Origin: an uncultured delta proteobacterium
Lineage (GTDB): Bacteria; Desulfobacterota; Binatia; UBA9968
Length of the DNA stretch: 64,000 bases
Direction: 5' to 3'
NCBI GenBank assembly: GCA_963745035.1
Contig: CAVUVW010000015.1
Location: forward strand, 192,001 to 256,000
Shown here: positions 31,174 through 40,920 of the stretch, one piece after another
Position numbering within the stretch: position 1 is the stretch's first letter
Layout of the letters: every line of letters begins with the position of its first letter
Translations under genes and position numbers: made by a program
Notes under the pieces: model-generated
Seen by the model: the letters and a program-made list of their open reading frames with translations, nothing else
What the model was told of the DNA's origin: nothing
Database searches by the model: none

Positions 31174-32578
31174 TCACGCCGTGAGAAGCTTGGCGATTTT
31201 TCTTGCGTCGTCGAGCTTCTCGAGGTTGAGCAACGTATCTTCCAAACGCTCCACGCGGGAGCGCGATAGGACGCGGGACGCAAGCAGGCGGAATTTTTGC
31301 AACACCTCATCGCGCGTCATGGGATGCTTGTCGCTGCCCTTGGCATGGAGCACCTTCTCGCTGAAGCTCCGGCCGTCTTGCAGCTGGACTTCCAGGTTGA
31401 CGCCATGACGCCCTTCGTCGCCGAGCGTTTCGAATTGGGAGTCCTCGAACACTTCGATGGCTTTAGTTGTTTTCACCACCGCTTCATTGCGAATGGACTT
31501 CTCGGTGATCTGATTGACGAAAAAGTCACGATCGTGCAGCAAAACCGCCACACAGAACTTTAGATTCATCTGCGCCGTTGTCATGCTCTTGGGCTCGTAG
31601 GGCCAGCCGACGTGGAGCTTGGTGGCCCGTGTGGCGCCGATGCGGATCTTGCTCACATTCTCCACTCGCACCTCCGGGTGCTCGTGAAGAATTTTCTTGA
31701 GCGCATCGATGGAGGTGTGATTGCTGCCGCAGCACGGATAGGGTTTGCAGCCGACGTTGAGCGTCTCGAAACGTTCGCCGAGCCCTCGGGTCAGATGCGT
31801 CAGATTCGGATTGTCGCAGAAGGTCGAGCAAAAGCCGCCGTAGGGAGCTTCGAGGATATCCTCGATCCCGGTAAATCCCTTGGCCGCGAGCAGCGCGCCA
31901 TAGACCCCCGCCTGAGCGGAGCGGCCGGGGTGCATACGCTTCACCATCGAGGCGTGTTGCGCGGCCATCAGCCCTGCCGCTTGAGTGCCGGCGATGCCCA
32001 ACGCGTGGAGCGTCTTGCCGGGATTCAACTGGAGCATCTTCGCCGCGGCCGCACCCGCGGCGAAGGTGCCGGAAGTTGCGCTGGGATGAAATCCGCGGCG
32101 CAGTTGAGAGGCGCCTCCCGTCATCGCCACCCGGCAGCCGACTTCATAACCGGCGACTAGCGCCGTGAGAAATCGTCTTGCCGTCGACGCCGCGGGCCGA
32201 GCGGACAAGCGCATCCGCGGCAGGAATCGCTTCCGCGCCGGGGTGGATAACGCCGACGCGATGGAGGTCATCCATCTCGAAACTATGAATCAAGGTGCCG
32301 TTGGCCAAAGGCGCGCTGGTACTCGGCACTTCCGCGCCATCGCCCCAGATGAGCGCCCCCTTCCCTTTGCCCAATTCCTTGGTGAATGAGGTGATAATCT
32401 TTCCCCACGATAAGGTCGAGCCGAAAAGCGCGCAGCCGAGGGAATCGATGAGGCAGAGCTTGATGTGCGACAGCACCTCCAGAGGAATGCTTTTGTAAGA
32501 GAGTTGGGAGATGTACTCGGCGAGAACTTGGGTCGGCGAGCTCGTTGCGGCGAATTCCTTTGGTTGTGCTTTCACCAT
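31174..32578 (-). CDS. MmgE/PrpD family protein; one extra base near 32177
   Basis: LIDSLGC, HSFEMDDLH, IHPG, GYEV, GFHPSAT, KRMHPG, KPYPCC; DGK joins RFLTAL after removing one A. Confidence 0.9.
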
Positions 32579-32721
32579 AAACGCTCCTTGACGCAGGTAA
32601 AGTTCTATGACTTTGATCGGCCCGTACGAGGCGAGCTTTCACCGGGTAACGGCAGCTTGGTAGGTCCAGCTTTCCTACGATAGAGACGTGGTTGTCAAGG
32701 CGTCGAGGCAAGGGAGGATCT

Positions 32722-33798
32722 ATGAGAACAAATCGCTTACTCTTTTTGATTTTCGTCGCTGCGGTCACGGCTCACATTCTTCCATCTTACGTTTTTGGTC
32801 AAAGCTCGGCTGCGCCGCTCAAAACATTTGACGGCCTCAAAGGCAAGGAGCGGGAACAGAAGCTCAACGACGGCGCGAAAAAAGAAGGCCGGGTCGTCGT
32901 CTACAGTTTTACCGCGGTCGATCAGCTTAAGCCGTTGCTCGATGAGTTTCACAAGCGCTATCCGTTCATCCAACCGGAACACTACCGCGCCAATGCCACC
33001 GGAGTATTCAACAAGTTCGCCACCGAAGCGCGCGCCGGGCAAACGCTCGCCGATGTCATCGACATCTCGGCTGGCGAGACGCACACGCTGATGCAGATGG
33101 GTCTCATCGATTCTTATCTTTCGCCCAGCCGCGAAGGCATTCCCAAAGATTTCATGGACGAAAAAGGCTTGTGGACCGCGCATTACCATTTCGTTCTCGC
33201 TCTCGGTTTCAATACGCAGCACATCAAGCCCGCGGAGGCGCCCAAGAGTTACGAAGATTTGCTCAATTCAAAGTGGAAAGGGCGTTTTTCTCTCGACCCG
33301 GCGGACCAGGATCTGTTCGGCGCGCTCTTGTTCCATTGGGGAAAGGACAAGGCGCTCAGCTATTTTAGAAATCTCGCCAAGCTCGATCCGCGCATGGTTT
33401 CGGGACACACTCAACAAGCCAATCTCGTCGGCGCCGGTGAGATTCAGATGGCCCCTTGGCTCTACGGCTACCGGCCGCTGCAGTTGAAAGACGAAGGGGC
33501 GCCGGTCGAGACGCTGCTTTTCGACCCGGTTCTGTCCAATCCGGCGTATCTCTTGCTGACCAAGAACGCGGCGCACCCGCACGCCGCCGCGCTGTTCATC
33601 GATTGGGCGTTAGCCGCAGATGGCGGTATGAAATTCTTCGGCGAGAAGTTCGGCCGGACGCCGACGCGGACGGGGCTGAAAGAGCGGTTTCCCCAACTGC
33701 GCGTCGATAAATATCTCGTGGTGAAACCCGAGATCGTCGGACCGAACTTCAAAGACTTCACCAGGCTCTACAACGAGATCTTTGGCATCGGCAAGTGA
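32722..33798 (+). CDS. ABC substrate-binding protein (Fe3+/polyamine-type family), orphan
   Basis: Signal peptide, AKKEGRVVVYS, APKSYEDLL, KWKG, AHPHAAALFIDW. Confidence 0.85.
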   Translation: MRTNRLLFLIFVAAVTAHILPSYVFGQSSAAPLKTFDGLKGKEREQKLNDGAKKEGRVVVYSFTAVDQLKPLLDEFHKRYPFIQPEHYRANATGVFNKFATEARAGQTLADVIDISAGETHTLMQMGLIDSYLSPSREGIPKDFMDEKGLWTAHYHFVLALGFNTQHIKPAEAPKSYEDLLNSKWKGRFSLDPADQDLFGALLFHWGKDKALSYFRNLAKLDPRMVSGHTQQANLVGAGEIQMAPWLYGYRPLQLKDEGAPVETLLFDPVLSNPAYLLLTKNAAHPHAAALFIDWALAADGGMKFFGEKFGRTPTRTGLKERFPQLRVDKYLVVKPEIVGPNFKDFTRLYNEIFGIGK

Positions 33799-33844
33799 CG
33801 GCCCGCGAGGCTGGTCGTCGATCGCGAGAAGGGAGACTCATTCC

Positions 33845-34873
33845 ATGAAGAAATTCGTTGTCGCGTTCACGTTTTTCTTTCTAGGGCTCTCCAACCTTCA
33901 AGCTCAGGCTCCCTTCTACGCGGGAAAGACGGTGAGGATCGTCGTCGGCCTTCCCGCCGGCGACGTGTACGATATCTACGCGCGCATTCTCGCCGAACAC
34001 ATGGGAAAGCATATCCCGGGAAATCCCGGGATCATCGTGCAAAACATGCCCGGCGCGTCGACCATGACCGCGGCCAATTATGTTTATAATGTGGCCAAGC
34101 CCGACGGCCTGACCTTCGCGGTCTTCCTGCCCGCGCTCTATTTCGATCAGTTGGTCGGCAGAAAGGAAGTTCAATTCGACTGGGGCAAATTTACTTGGCT
34201 GGGGAGCTTCGAGAAATCGTATAACCTCCTCTACATGCGCGCCGACGCTCCCTACAAAACCATCCATGACGTGACCAAGGCCTCGGACCCGCCGAAGTGC
34301 GGCTCCACCGGGACCGGCGGTCTGGCGCATGCCTTCATGCTGCTCTTGAATGAATCGATCGGCACCAAGTTCAACATCGTCACCGGCTATCAAGGCGGAC
34401 AAGAGATCGATCTCGCGGTGGAACGCGGCGAGGTGCACTGCCGCGCTTTCACCGTGACGAGCTTCTTTGCCCGCGAGCCGTTCCATACCTGGCGCAAGAA
34501 AGGTTTCGTGCGCGTCCTGGTGCAGACTGGCAAGAAGCGCGATTCGAGAATGGCCGACGTGCCGACCGTTTACGAACTCATGGATGAATACAAGACGCCG
34601 CAAGCGACGCGCCGTTTGGCAACTCTGGTGCTGGCTGCCGGAGAATTCGGTCGTCCCGTCGTCGCCACTCCGGGAGTCCCGCCGGACCGGGTCAAGCTCC
34701 TGCGCGAGGCCTTCTCGAAGACTCTCGGCGATCCAGATGTGTCGGCCGACGTGAAAAAGAAGAAACTGGAACTGGATCCGACCGGCGGCGAGGAGTTGGA
34801 GACTCTGGCAAAGGAAGTTATTACCGCCGATCGCGAGACCATCGACCGAATGAAAAACCTGCTCGTGAAGTGA
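33845..34873 (+). CDS. Tripartite tricarboxylate transporter SBP (TctC/Bug), orphan
   Basis: FYAGKTVRIVVG, PGIIVQNMPGA, KPDGLT, GYQGG, ERGEV, PGVPPDRV. Confidence 0.9.
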   Translation: MKKFVVAFTFFFLGLSNLQAQAPFYAGKTVRIVVGLPAGDVYDIYARILAEHMGKHIPGNPGIIVQNMPGASTMTAANYVYNVAKPDGLTFAVFLPALYFDQLVGRKEVQFDWGKFTWLGSFEKSYNLLYMRADAPYKTIHDVTKASDPPKCGSTGTGGLAHAFMLLLNESIGTKFNIVTGYQGGQEIDLAVERGEVHCRAFTVTSFFAREPFHTWRKKGFVRVLVQTGKKRDSRMADVPTVYELMDEYKTPQATRRLATLVLAAGEFGRPVVATPGVPPDRVKLLREAFSKTLGDPDVSADVKKKKLELDPTGGEELETLAKEVITADRETIDRMKNLLVK

Positions 34874-35123
34874 CGGCAACGGTCGCTGAACGGGCTGAGC
34901 ATGCATCAGAGTCCATTGCATCAGCAGTGCTTTCAATTATAAAAAGAGACTTAATCTGCTCCCTTATCGATGACGCAGCAAATTGAATCGCTCAGACGGC
35001 GACCTGGAAGCGGAGCCATTAGAGGTCGTTAGCCACCCCTTGCGATTCTTTGAATTGTCGTCTTTCTGACACTTACAACGGTCTCTTGCGCTGAAAGTTG
35101 TTAATGATATGGTGCGCGCCGCT

Positions 35124-35376
35124 ATGAAGATCATCGTCGAAGTAGAGTTTGAGAAGATACTACCGATTTCTGGGCAGATGCGACCCTACCAGCTCGGAGT
35201 ATAAGCTTCTGAAGAGCGGCATCGAGACGAGCGACTCTAGAGATCCGACCTGGCGCTTGGTAATAGTGCTGTGTGCATCTGATCAAGCCAAGAAGTTACT
35301 CGAACTGGCACAGATAATTTGCCCGGACGCCGTCCACGATATTAAAACGTCCATTGATCTGGCGCGTACGCCCTAA
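35124..35376 (+). CDS. Small hypothetical protein (~83 aa); probable extra T near 35148
   Basis: MKIIVEVE joins LRRYYRFLGRCDPTSSEYKLLKSG...ICPDAVHDI after removing one T; length 3n+1. Confidence 0.55.
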
Positions 35377-35395
35377 CGATTACACTGGCTGCCTT

Positions 35396-35536
35396 ATGTC
35401 CTTGGCTGTAGGAATTTTAATTGCCGGCATGCTCGTCATGATCTATAGCCTTGTCCGCGGCAGCGTTTCCGTTGTCGGATTGGCCCTCTTGGTTATTGGC
35501 ATTGTGGCAGAGTTGATAGTCTTGTTGCTGGGATGA
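35396..35536 (+). CDS. Small two-helix membrane protein (46 aa)
   Basis: MSLAVGILIAGMLVMIYSLV-RG-SVSVVGLALLVIGIVAELIVLLLG. Confidence 0.45.
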   Translation: MSLAVGILIAGMLVMIYSLVRGSVSVVGLALLVIGIVAELIVLLLG

Positions 35537-35599
35537 CGGCTGTCGCTCATGCCTCACTGCCCAATGCCTTACCAGCGGGCTCCATTAGAGCGAGCATCA

Positions 35600-35674
35600 G
35601 GGTCACCCTTACTTCGTAGTGCTTCAAGACCGCATCCATTTGCTGCTTCAGCTATAAAGTAAAGGACTGACCCC
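35600..35674. repeat. Imperfect inverted repeat (REP-like doublet)
   Basis: gggtcacccttacttcgtag ... ctataaagtaaaggactgacccc. Confidence 0.55.
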
Positions 35675-35703
35675 GCGCCGCCTCCGACGAGCGCGTCGAG
35701 CTC

Positions 35704-36423
35704 TCAGTGCGCCAGCAGCCGGCCGGTCCAGCTCACCGCCAGCCCAAACATCAAAAACACCAAGGTCAGGGGATTGCGCTCTTCGATCCGGTGCACTTGC
35801 GGCAGGATATCGGCCGTGGCGATGGCTAGGAATGTGCCGGCGGAGATGCCGATCGCGACGGCAACGTTTTCCGGCGAGAGCGCGCGCAAGAACACATACG
35901 CCAGCAGGGCGCCGGCTGGAGTGGTAAGCGAAAACAATACGCTGAGAAGCGCGACCTTTTTACGCTCCCAGCCGGCGGACAGCAAAATCGACGTGATCGA
36001 GATGCCGTCAGGCATCTTGTGAATGATGACGGCGAGCAGCACTACGGCTCCGAGCTGCGGCAGCATAAGCCCGGCGCCAAGCGCGAGACCGTCGAGCAAG
36101 CTGTGAAACGAGATTCCCAAAAAAGCCGGAATGCCCATTTGATGAAGGTCGCAGTCCCGCTCCTCGCAGGCGTGCACGAAGACGAAACGCTCCATCGCGA
36201 AAATCAGTAGAAAACCGGCCAGGATCGGCCAACCGACGCTCTCGCCGATCACGCTGCCGACTTCGGGCAGCATATGAAAAAACACCGCGCCGAGAAGAAC
36301 TCCCGCGCTGAAGCTGAGCAAGAGCGCGAGCGCGCGCTGGGAGAGCTCGCGCACGAGAGGGAGAAAGCTGCCGACAAGAGAGATGAATATAACGGTGGGT
36401 AGATACAATCCTAGCGACGCCAT
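35704..36423 (-). CDS. ZIP-family metal transporter
   Basis: FHMLPE, FHSLLDG, IHKMPDG, DILP; HACEERDCDLH loop. Confidence 0.92.
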   Translation of the reverse strand: MASLGLYLPTVIFISLVGSFLPLVRELSQRALALLLSFSAGVLLGAVFFHMLPEVGSVIGESVGWPILAGFLLIFAMERFVFVHACEERDCDLHQMGIPAFLGISFHSLLDGLALGAGLMLPQLGAVVLLAVIIHKMPDGISITSILLSAGWERKKVALLSVLFSLTTPAGALLAYVFLRALSPENVAVAIGISAGTFLAIATADILPQVHRIEERNPLTLVFLMFGLAVSWTGRLLAH

Positions 36424-36602
36424 GGTTTTTCACCGACGCGTGAAGCTAACATAGGGTCTTCGGGCTGGCAAACAAACGGAGGCGGCGAGGTCTAGAGCTC
36501 GCTATCGCTCTGACATGGCAGCCGCACGACGCGTGCGCCATTTTTTTCCGCGATGGAAGTTCCTGCCGTGATCGAAGGTTCGAGGCGGCGAATCGGCAGC
36601 GG

Positions 36603-37596
36603 CTATCCGGTGAACACTTTGAGCTTTTTGAAATCGTCGATGACCTGGAAATCCTGCTTCATTTTGTCGATGGATTCCCCGATCTGAACGATTTTCTCTC
36701 GCGCCAGATTTCCCAGAAACTCTCCGGCGGTGGCCAGATAATCGATTTTGTGCGGCTCGAGGGTCATCAACCTCGCCGCGGTGGCATCCACGGCGACCAG
36801 GTCGTCGCCGAAGACCAGCACGCCGCTGGCCTTGGCTTGTCCCTGAAGCGGCCCATTGCCCTCCATGCCGACGATGCCGTCGACGATGGCGAACTGCGGC
36901 AGCGGCAGCGAGCTGTTGATGTCGAGAATACTGTTGCCGATGCCCTGCCAGTGAAGAATGTTTTTCGGCCAGCCGTAGACCACGCCGGGCACGACGCCGA
37001 ACATATTCTTGAGCGACAAGGTGGCACCGACCCAGTGATGGGTCTTGAGCTTCGGCAGCGAGACCAGCAGATCGGCATTGTACAACGTCTCGGGCAAATA
37101 CAAGTGCTTCAGGTCGGTAAAGCTGCTGCGCAGCGGCGTGACGCGCACGTCGTCGGAGTTGAGATCGACGTAGCGCACCCGATGGTCTTTCACGACCTCG
37201 TACAATCCCGACGCCGAGAGCAGATATTCGTTATCGCGGCGGTGTCCAGGGCCTTCGCCGACCACTACCTGCGCCGCGCCCAGGCTGCGCAACGAATCGA
37301 TGGCCGCTTCGATCACCGCCGGGTGAGTATTGATCACGCCCTTGGGATCGAATTCGACCAAATTGGGTTTGAGCAGGATTCTTTTTCCCTTGACGTTCAC
37401 GCCGCAAAGCTTGATGCCCCGGACGATGATATCTTTGAGCGGCTCGTCATAACGGCTTGCCGGCAAAATCGCCACTCGCGAATTGTCCTTGCGCCGAAAT
37501 GCGTCGCGCTGCCAGCGCGACCGGCTGCCCGCAGCCCGCGCTCGCCCCGGCGAGCGCGCCCAAAGCCGAGTATTTCAGAAATTCACGGCGCAGCAT
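36603..37596 (-). CDS. DUF362 protein with twin-arginine lipoprotein signal; one extra G near 37529
   Basis: LKPNLVE, NTHPAV, PKLKTH, LKNMFG, DGIVGMEGNGP; upstream MLRREFLKYSALGALAGASAGC joins after removing one G. Confidence 0.85.
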
Positions 37597-37598
37597 GC

Positions 37599-38501
37599 TT
37601 ACACCCGAAACGGATTGGACTTGCCGGCCAGCGCGATCAGCCCGAGCGCAAGGGTTTTCGTTTCGCCGAGAAAGCCGGTTTCACGAAAGCTGTTTTCTAC
37701 GCGCTTTTGCCAATCGCCGATCGCCTGGCCGTAAAGGCCGAGGCAAATCGCGGTCCAGGAGCAAGCCAAGCCCGAATTGGTTTCCTTAGCGATTTTCTTA
37801 AGCGTCTCCAAACTCTGTCGATTGGCCGTCTCGCCGGCGCGATCTTGCAGGGCGATCAACGCCACGGCGGTAATGTCGGGATAGGGCCAGAGCGCATAGT
37901 CCAGGACTTTCGAATTGCCGTAATTCCAGCCGCCGCCGTTGCACATGCGGTCGTAGATCAGCGCCTCGCCTTCTTGGATTCTCTGGTGTGCATTGTTCTC
38001 CGCGAGCGAGGCCTTTACTTTTTTGAGCGCGAGGATCGCATAACTCGTCGGCTCGACCCAGCTAAATGAATTCGGCACCCAGGACCAGCCGACGAGATCG
38101 TTGTTCAACCGATTGATGTTGCTCTTGCCGGTTGCCCACAGGATCAGTTTCGCCAGAATGCCGGGCTTGCTGCCCTCTTGCGCCACAAGCCAGCGCGCCG
38201 CGCGCGACACGCGCTCTCCGTGCTCGGGAAAAGCGCTGAGCGCGATGATCGCCAAAGCGGTCGTCCAGGAGCCCGCGGTAGCGACATCGTTCAGGCGCCA
38301 ACCGCCGTCGGGATTTTGCCGCTCGGCCAACCAGAGCGCGGCCCGGAGAACCCGATCGCTGGCCGCACTTTCACCCACGGCGTGGAGCGCGCTCAGCGCC
38401 AGCGAAGTCGCCTCGGTATTGCTGCGCCGCCCCTCGGCGGCGCCCCAACCGCCGTCGCGATTCTGCAGGCCGATGAGGGTGTTTCGAACTTGGTCAATCA
38501 T
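37599..38501 (-). CDS. Prenyltransferase/squalene-oxidase-repeat protein
   Basis: QNRDGGW, QNPDGGW, GWSW, GGGWNYGN repeats; 300 aa. Confidence 0.85.
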   Translation of the reverse strand: MIDQVRNTLIGLQNRDGGWGAAEGRRSNTEATSLALSALHAVGESAASDRVLRAALWLAERQNPDGGWRLNDVATAGSWTTALAIIALSAFPEHGERVSRAARWLVAQEGSKPGILAKLILWATGKSNINRLNNDLVGWSWVPNSFSWVEPTSYAILALKKVKASLAENNAHQRIQEGEALIYDRMCNGGGWNYGNSKVLDYALWPYPDITAVALIALQDRAGETANRQSLETLKKIAKETNSGLACSWTAICLGLYGQAIGDWQKRVENSFRETGFLGETKTLALGLIALAGKSNPFRV

Positions 38502-38673
38502 GGCGTCTCGCCTACATATTTATGTTAAGGCATCCAGGCAAGGAGACGCCACTTCATAATCGGCGGGTCAATTCCCCGCGGCTTGTCTGGCATGGGTGAA
38601 TTCTGCGCCGTCATTCGCCACATGCTTTTGGCGGGAATCCAGCCAAGGAGGTCGCGGGCATAGGCGCGCCAGC

Positions 38674-39420
38674 CTATAGAAAATGCAACCGGGCTTCGGC
38701 GCTTTGCAGTTTTCGCTCCGCTTCGCGAATGCGCGCGGGTGTGCCGAGATCCTGCCAGAAGCCGTCGAATGGAAAACCGTAAAGGCGCTCGCCGCCGGCG
38801 AGCATGCGCGGGTAGGTGTCTCTCGTGGTGCTGAACTTCCGCCCGGCGGCATGTTCGCGCATGTGATCGAAGATTCGCGGCTCGAGAATCTGCACGCCGC
38901 TAAACATCAGCTTACGTACCTCGCCGGCTGGCTCGACCGGCGCCTTGCTGTCGAGAAAGCGAATGATTCGGCCGCTTGTGTCGATGTCCATGGAGCCGAA
39001 TTCATCGGCGCGTGGATCGGCGCGCAGCACCAGGGTCGCAACCGCGCCCGTCTGCGCGTGGAAGTCGATCAGCGCCGCCAAATTCAAGTCGATCAGCGCG
39101 TCGGTGTTGATGACGATGAAGCTGCCGTCACGCAGGAAGGCTTTGGCCTTGAGCAGGCCGCCGCCGGTGTCGAGCAACTCGGGCTCTTTCGAGTAGCGGA
39201 TGCTCAAGCCGAGCCCCTGGCCGTCGCCCAGGCGACTTTCGATCTGTTCGCCGAAATGGTGCAGATTGATGACGATGTCGCGGATACCGTGGTGGCGCAG
39301 CAACAAAAGCGCGTATTCGATCATCGGCCGGCCGGCGACCGGCACCAGCGCTTTCGGCATGCGATCGGTCACCGGGCGGAGGCGCGTGCCCTGGCCTGCC
39401 GCCAGCACCATGGCTTTCAC
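38674..39420 (-). CDS. murU: Nucleotidyltransferase, MurU-like
   Basis: VLAAGQGTRLRPVT, PKALVP, LDTGGG, WQDLGTP; coupled to AmgK-like kinase. Confidence 0.8.
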   Translation of the reverse strand: MKAMVLAAGQGTRLRPVTDRMPKALVPVAGRPMIEYALLLLRHHGIRDIVINLHHFGEQIESRLGDGQGLGLSIRYSKEPELLDTGGGLLKAKAFLRDGSFIVINTDALIDLNLAALIDFHAQTGAVATLVLRADPRADEFGSMDIDTSGRIIRFLDSKAPVEPAGEVRKLMFSGVQILEPRIFDHMREHAAGRKFSTTRDTYPRMLAGGERLYGFPFDGFWQDLGTPARIREAERKLQSAEARLHFL

Positions 39421-40493
39421 TGCATCGCCTCGAAATGCTCGCCGAGAAGCGGCAGGAGCTTGCGGGTTTGCGGCGTTTTGTCGAAGTTGCGCAGCAGCCG
39501 CCGCGCGGTGGGCGCGATAAACTTCCGGTAGCCGGGCTTGCCCTTTACCAGATCGAGATAGTAAAAGCGCCCGATGACTTTCAAATCCCGTTGGATCGCC
39601 GACAACCGGTAGATTTCGAAAAATTCTTCGATGCCGCTCCCCCGACCGCCCGCCGAGCCGCTGCCGTCGATATAATAGTGGACCAAGCGCTCTTCCAGCT
39701 CCGGGCGAATCACGCTGTCGGTCACGCGGTCGTTCAAGAGCGAGGCGAGATCGTACTGCGGCGGGGCGAGCAGCGCGTCTTGAAAGTCGATCACCCGCAC
39801 CGCGTTCTCGTGGATCATCAGATTCCAGCTATGGTAATCGCGATGGCTCAAGCAGGCGGGTTGGCGCTCCAAGATGCCGGCGATTGCGGCAAACTCGCCG
39901 CGCAGCGTTCGGATCGTTGCCGTCTTGACTCGGGCGCCGGGACGCTTTTCCAGGCCCCACTCGATAAAATGGTCGAGCTCCCAGAGATAGAGCTTCGAGT
40001 CGAAACGCTGCTGAAAAGCGATGCACGAGTCGTCGCGATTTTGCACGCCGCGGGTGTGGACGACCAGCAGCTCATCGATGGCCTTTCGGTACCACGCCAG
40101 GACTTCGTCGTCGGTCCGCCCCTGCACTCGGTCCCACAGCGCGGTGTCGCCCAGGTCTTCGAGCAAAAGAATCCCATCCTTTTCCCAATGGCCGTAGATT
40201 GCCGGCACTTTAACGCCGATCTTGTCGAGAAAGCGGTGAACGTTCACGAACGGCAGCTCGCGCGGCCCTTCCTTGAAGATCGCCAGTTCTTCGCTGGAGA
40301 GCGGCAAGCCGCTGTCGCCCGGGAGCTCCATCACGATCACCGACGCCGGCGCAGCCGGCCCGCACAGCCAAGCCCGGTAGTAGCGCCGGCTCGAAGCGTC
40401 GCCCGTCAACGAAGCGAGGGATTCCACTTCGGCGCCGGCGCCGAATACCGCGTGGACTTTGTCGCCAAGGAGCTGCTTGAACGGTTCGGTCAA
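39417..40493 (-). CDS. amgK: Anomeric MurNAc/GlcNAc kinase, AmgK-like
   Basis: GDASSRRYYR, LEDLGD, HRDYHSWNLM, IDFQDA, YDLASLL, QRDLKVIG. Confidence 0.85.
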   Translation of the reverse strand: MTEPFKQLLGDKVHAVFGAGAEVESLASLTGDASSRRYYRAWLCGPAAPASVIVMELPGDSGLPLSSEELAIFKEGPRELPFVNVHRFLDKIGVKVPAIYGHWEKDGILLLEDLGDTALWDRVQGRTDDEVLAWYRKAIDELLVVHTRGVQNRDDSCIAFQQRFDSKLYLWELDHFIEWGLEKRPGARVKTATIRTLRGEFAAIAGILERQPACLSHRDYHSWNLMIHENAVRVIDFQDALLAPPQYDLASLLNDRVTDSVIRPELEERLVHYYIDGSGSAGGRGSGIEEFFEIYRLSAIQRDLKVIGRFYYLDLVKGKPGYRKFIAPTARRLLRNFDKTPQTRKLLPLLGEHFEAMQ

Positions 40494-40545
40494 CTTGGGT
40501 TCTTGTCCTGTTCCGGCGTGACTAGCTTGGGAGGATGATTTCTTT

Positions 40546-40561
40546 GCCGGCGACCGCCGGC
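40546..40561 (-). promoter_or_regulatory. SECIS-like hairpin for the second UGA
   Basis: GCCGGC-GGTC-GCCGGC starting 12 nt after the UGA at 40576-40574. Confidence 0.65.
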
Positions 40562-40564
40562 GCG

Positions 40565-40789
40565 CTACACTTCTCAGGAGCCGCCGAAGCCGACGGTCAC
40601 TTTGCCGTCCTCGATGATCACCGGCACCTGGCGCCGGCCATTGGCATGCTTCAGCATTTCCGCCAGCGCATCATCGTCTTCGAGCACGTTGCGGTATTCG
40701 AAGCGAATCTTCCGTCGCGTGAAAGCCTCCCGGGCCGCGGCGGTATACGGTCAAAGGTCTTTGCCAAAAATTACGACGGCGTCGCTCAT
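40565..40789 (-). CDS. UXX-star glutaredoxin-like selenoprotein (74 aa, Sec13 and Sec72)
   Basis: MSDAVVIFGKDL-U-PYTAAAREAF...GRRQVPVIIEDGKVTVGFGGS-U-EV-stop; UPYT at the CxxC site, cis-Pro VPVI motif, terminal U-X-X-stop. Confidence 0.9.
40712..40750 (-). promoter_or_regulatory. SECIS-like hairpin for the first UGA
   Basis: After UGA 40753-40751: CCGT..CGCG-GCC-CGGGA-GGC..CGCG-ACGG; apical loop 18 nt downstream. Confidence 0.5.
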
Positions 40790-40920
40790 TTCATTTTGCA
40801 TTGCGGCAGGCAAACGTTGCTCGTCAAAAATAGGCGCGCGGCGATTAAATTGCAAGTGAACCGAGCCCTATGTTAAGTTCGTATAATTTCCTTCCTTCGC
40901 TTGGAAGACGGAGTCAATCT

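Noticed and set aside
37599-38501. Squalene-hopene cyclase
   Set aside because: Only 300 aa, a single barrel, no DXDD motif.
40565-40789. Selenoprotein read as a pseudogene or as genetic-code reassignment
   Set aside because: Both UGAs sit at redox-type positions with downstream hairpins, and UGA is a normal stop in many other genes here.
40535-40876. 113-aa plus-strand ORF between amgK and the nitrilase
   Set aside because: Antisense shadow of the selenoprotein, which has clear glutaredoxin motifs.
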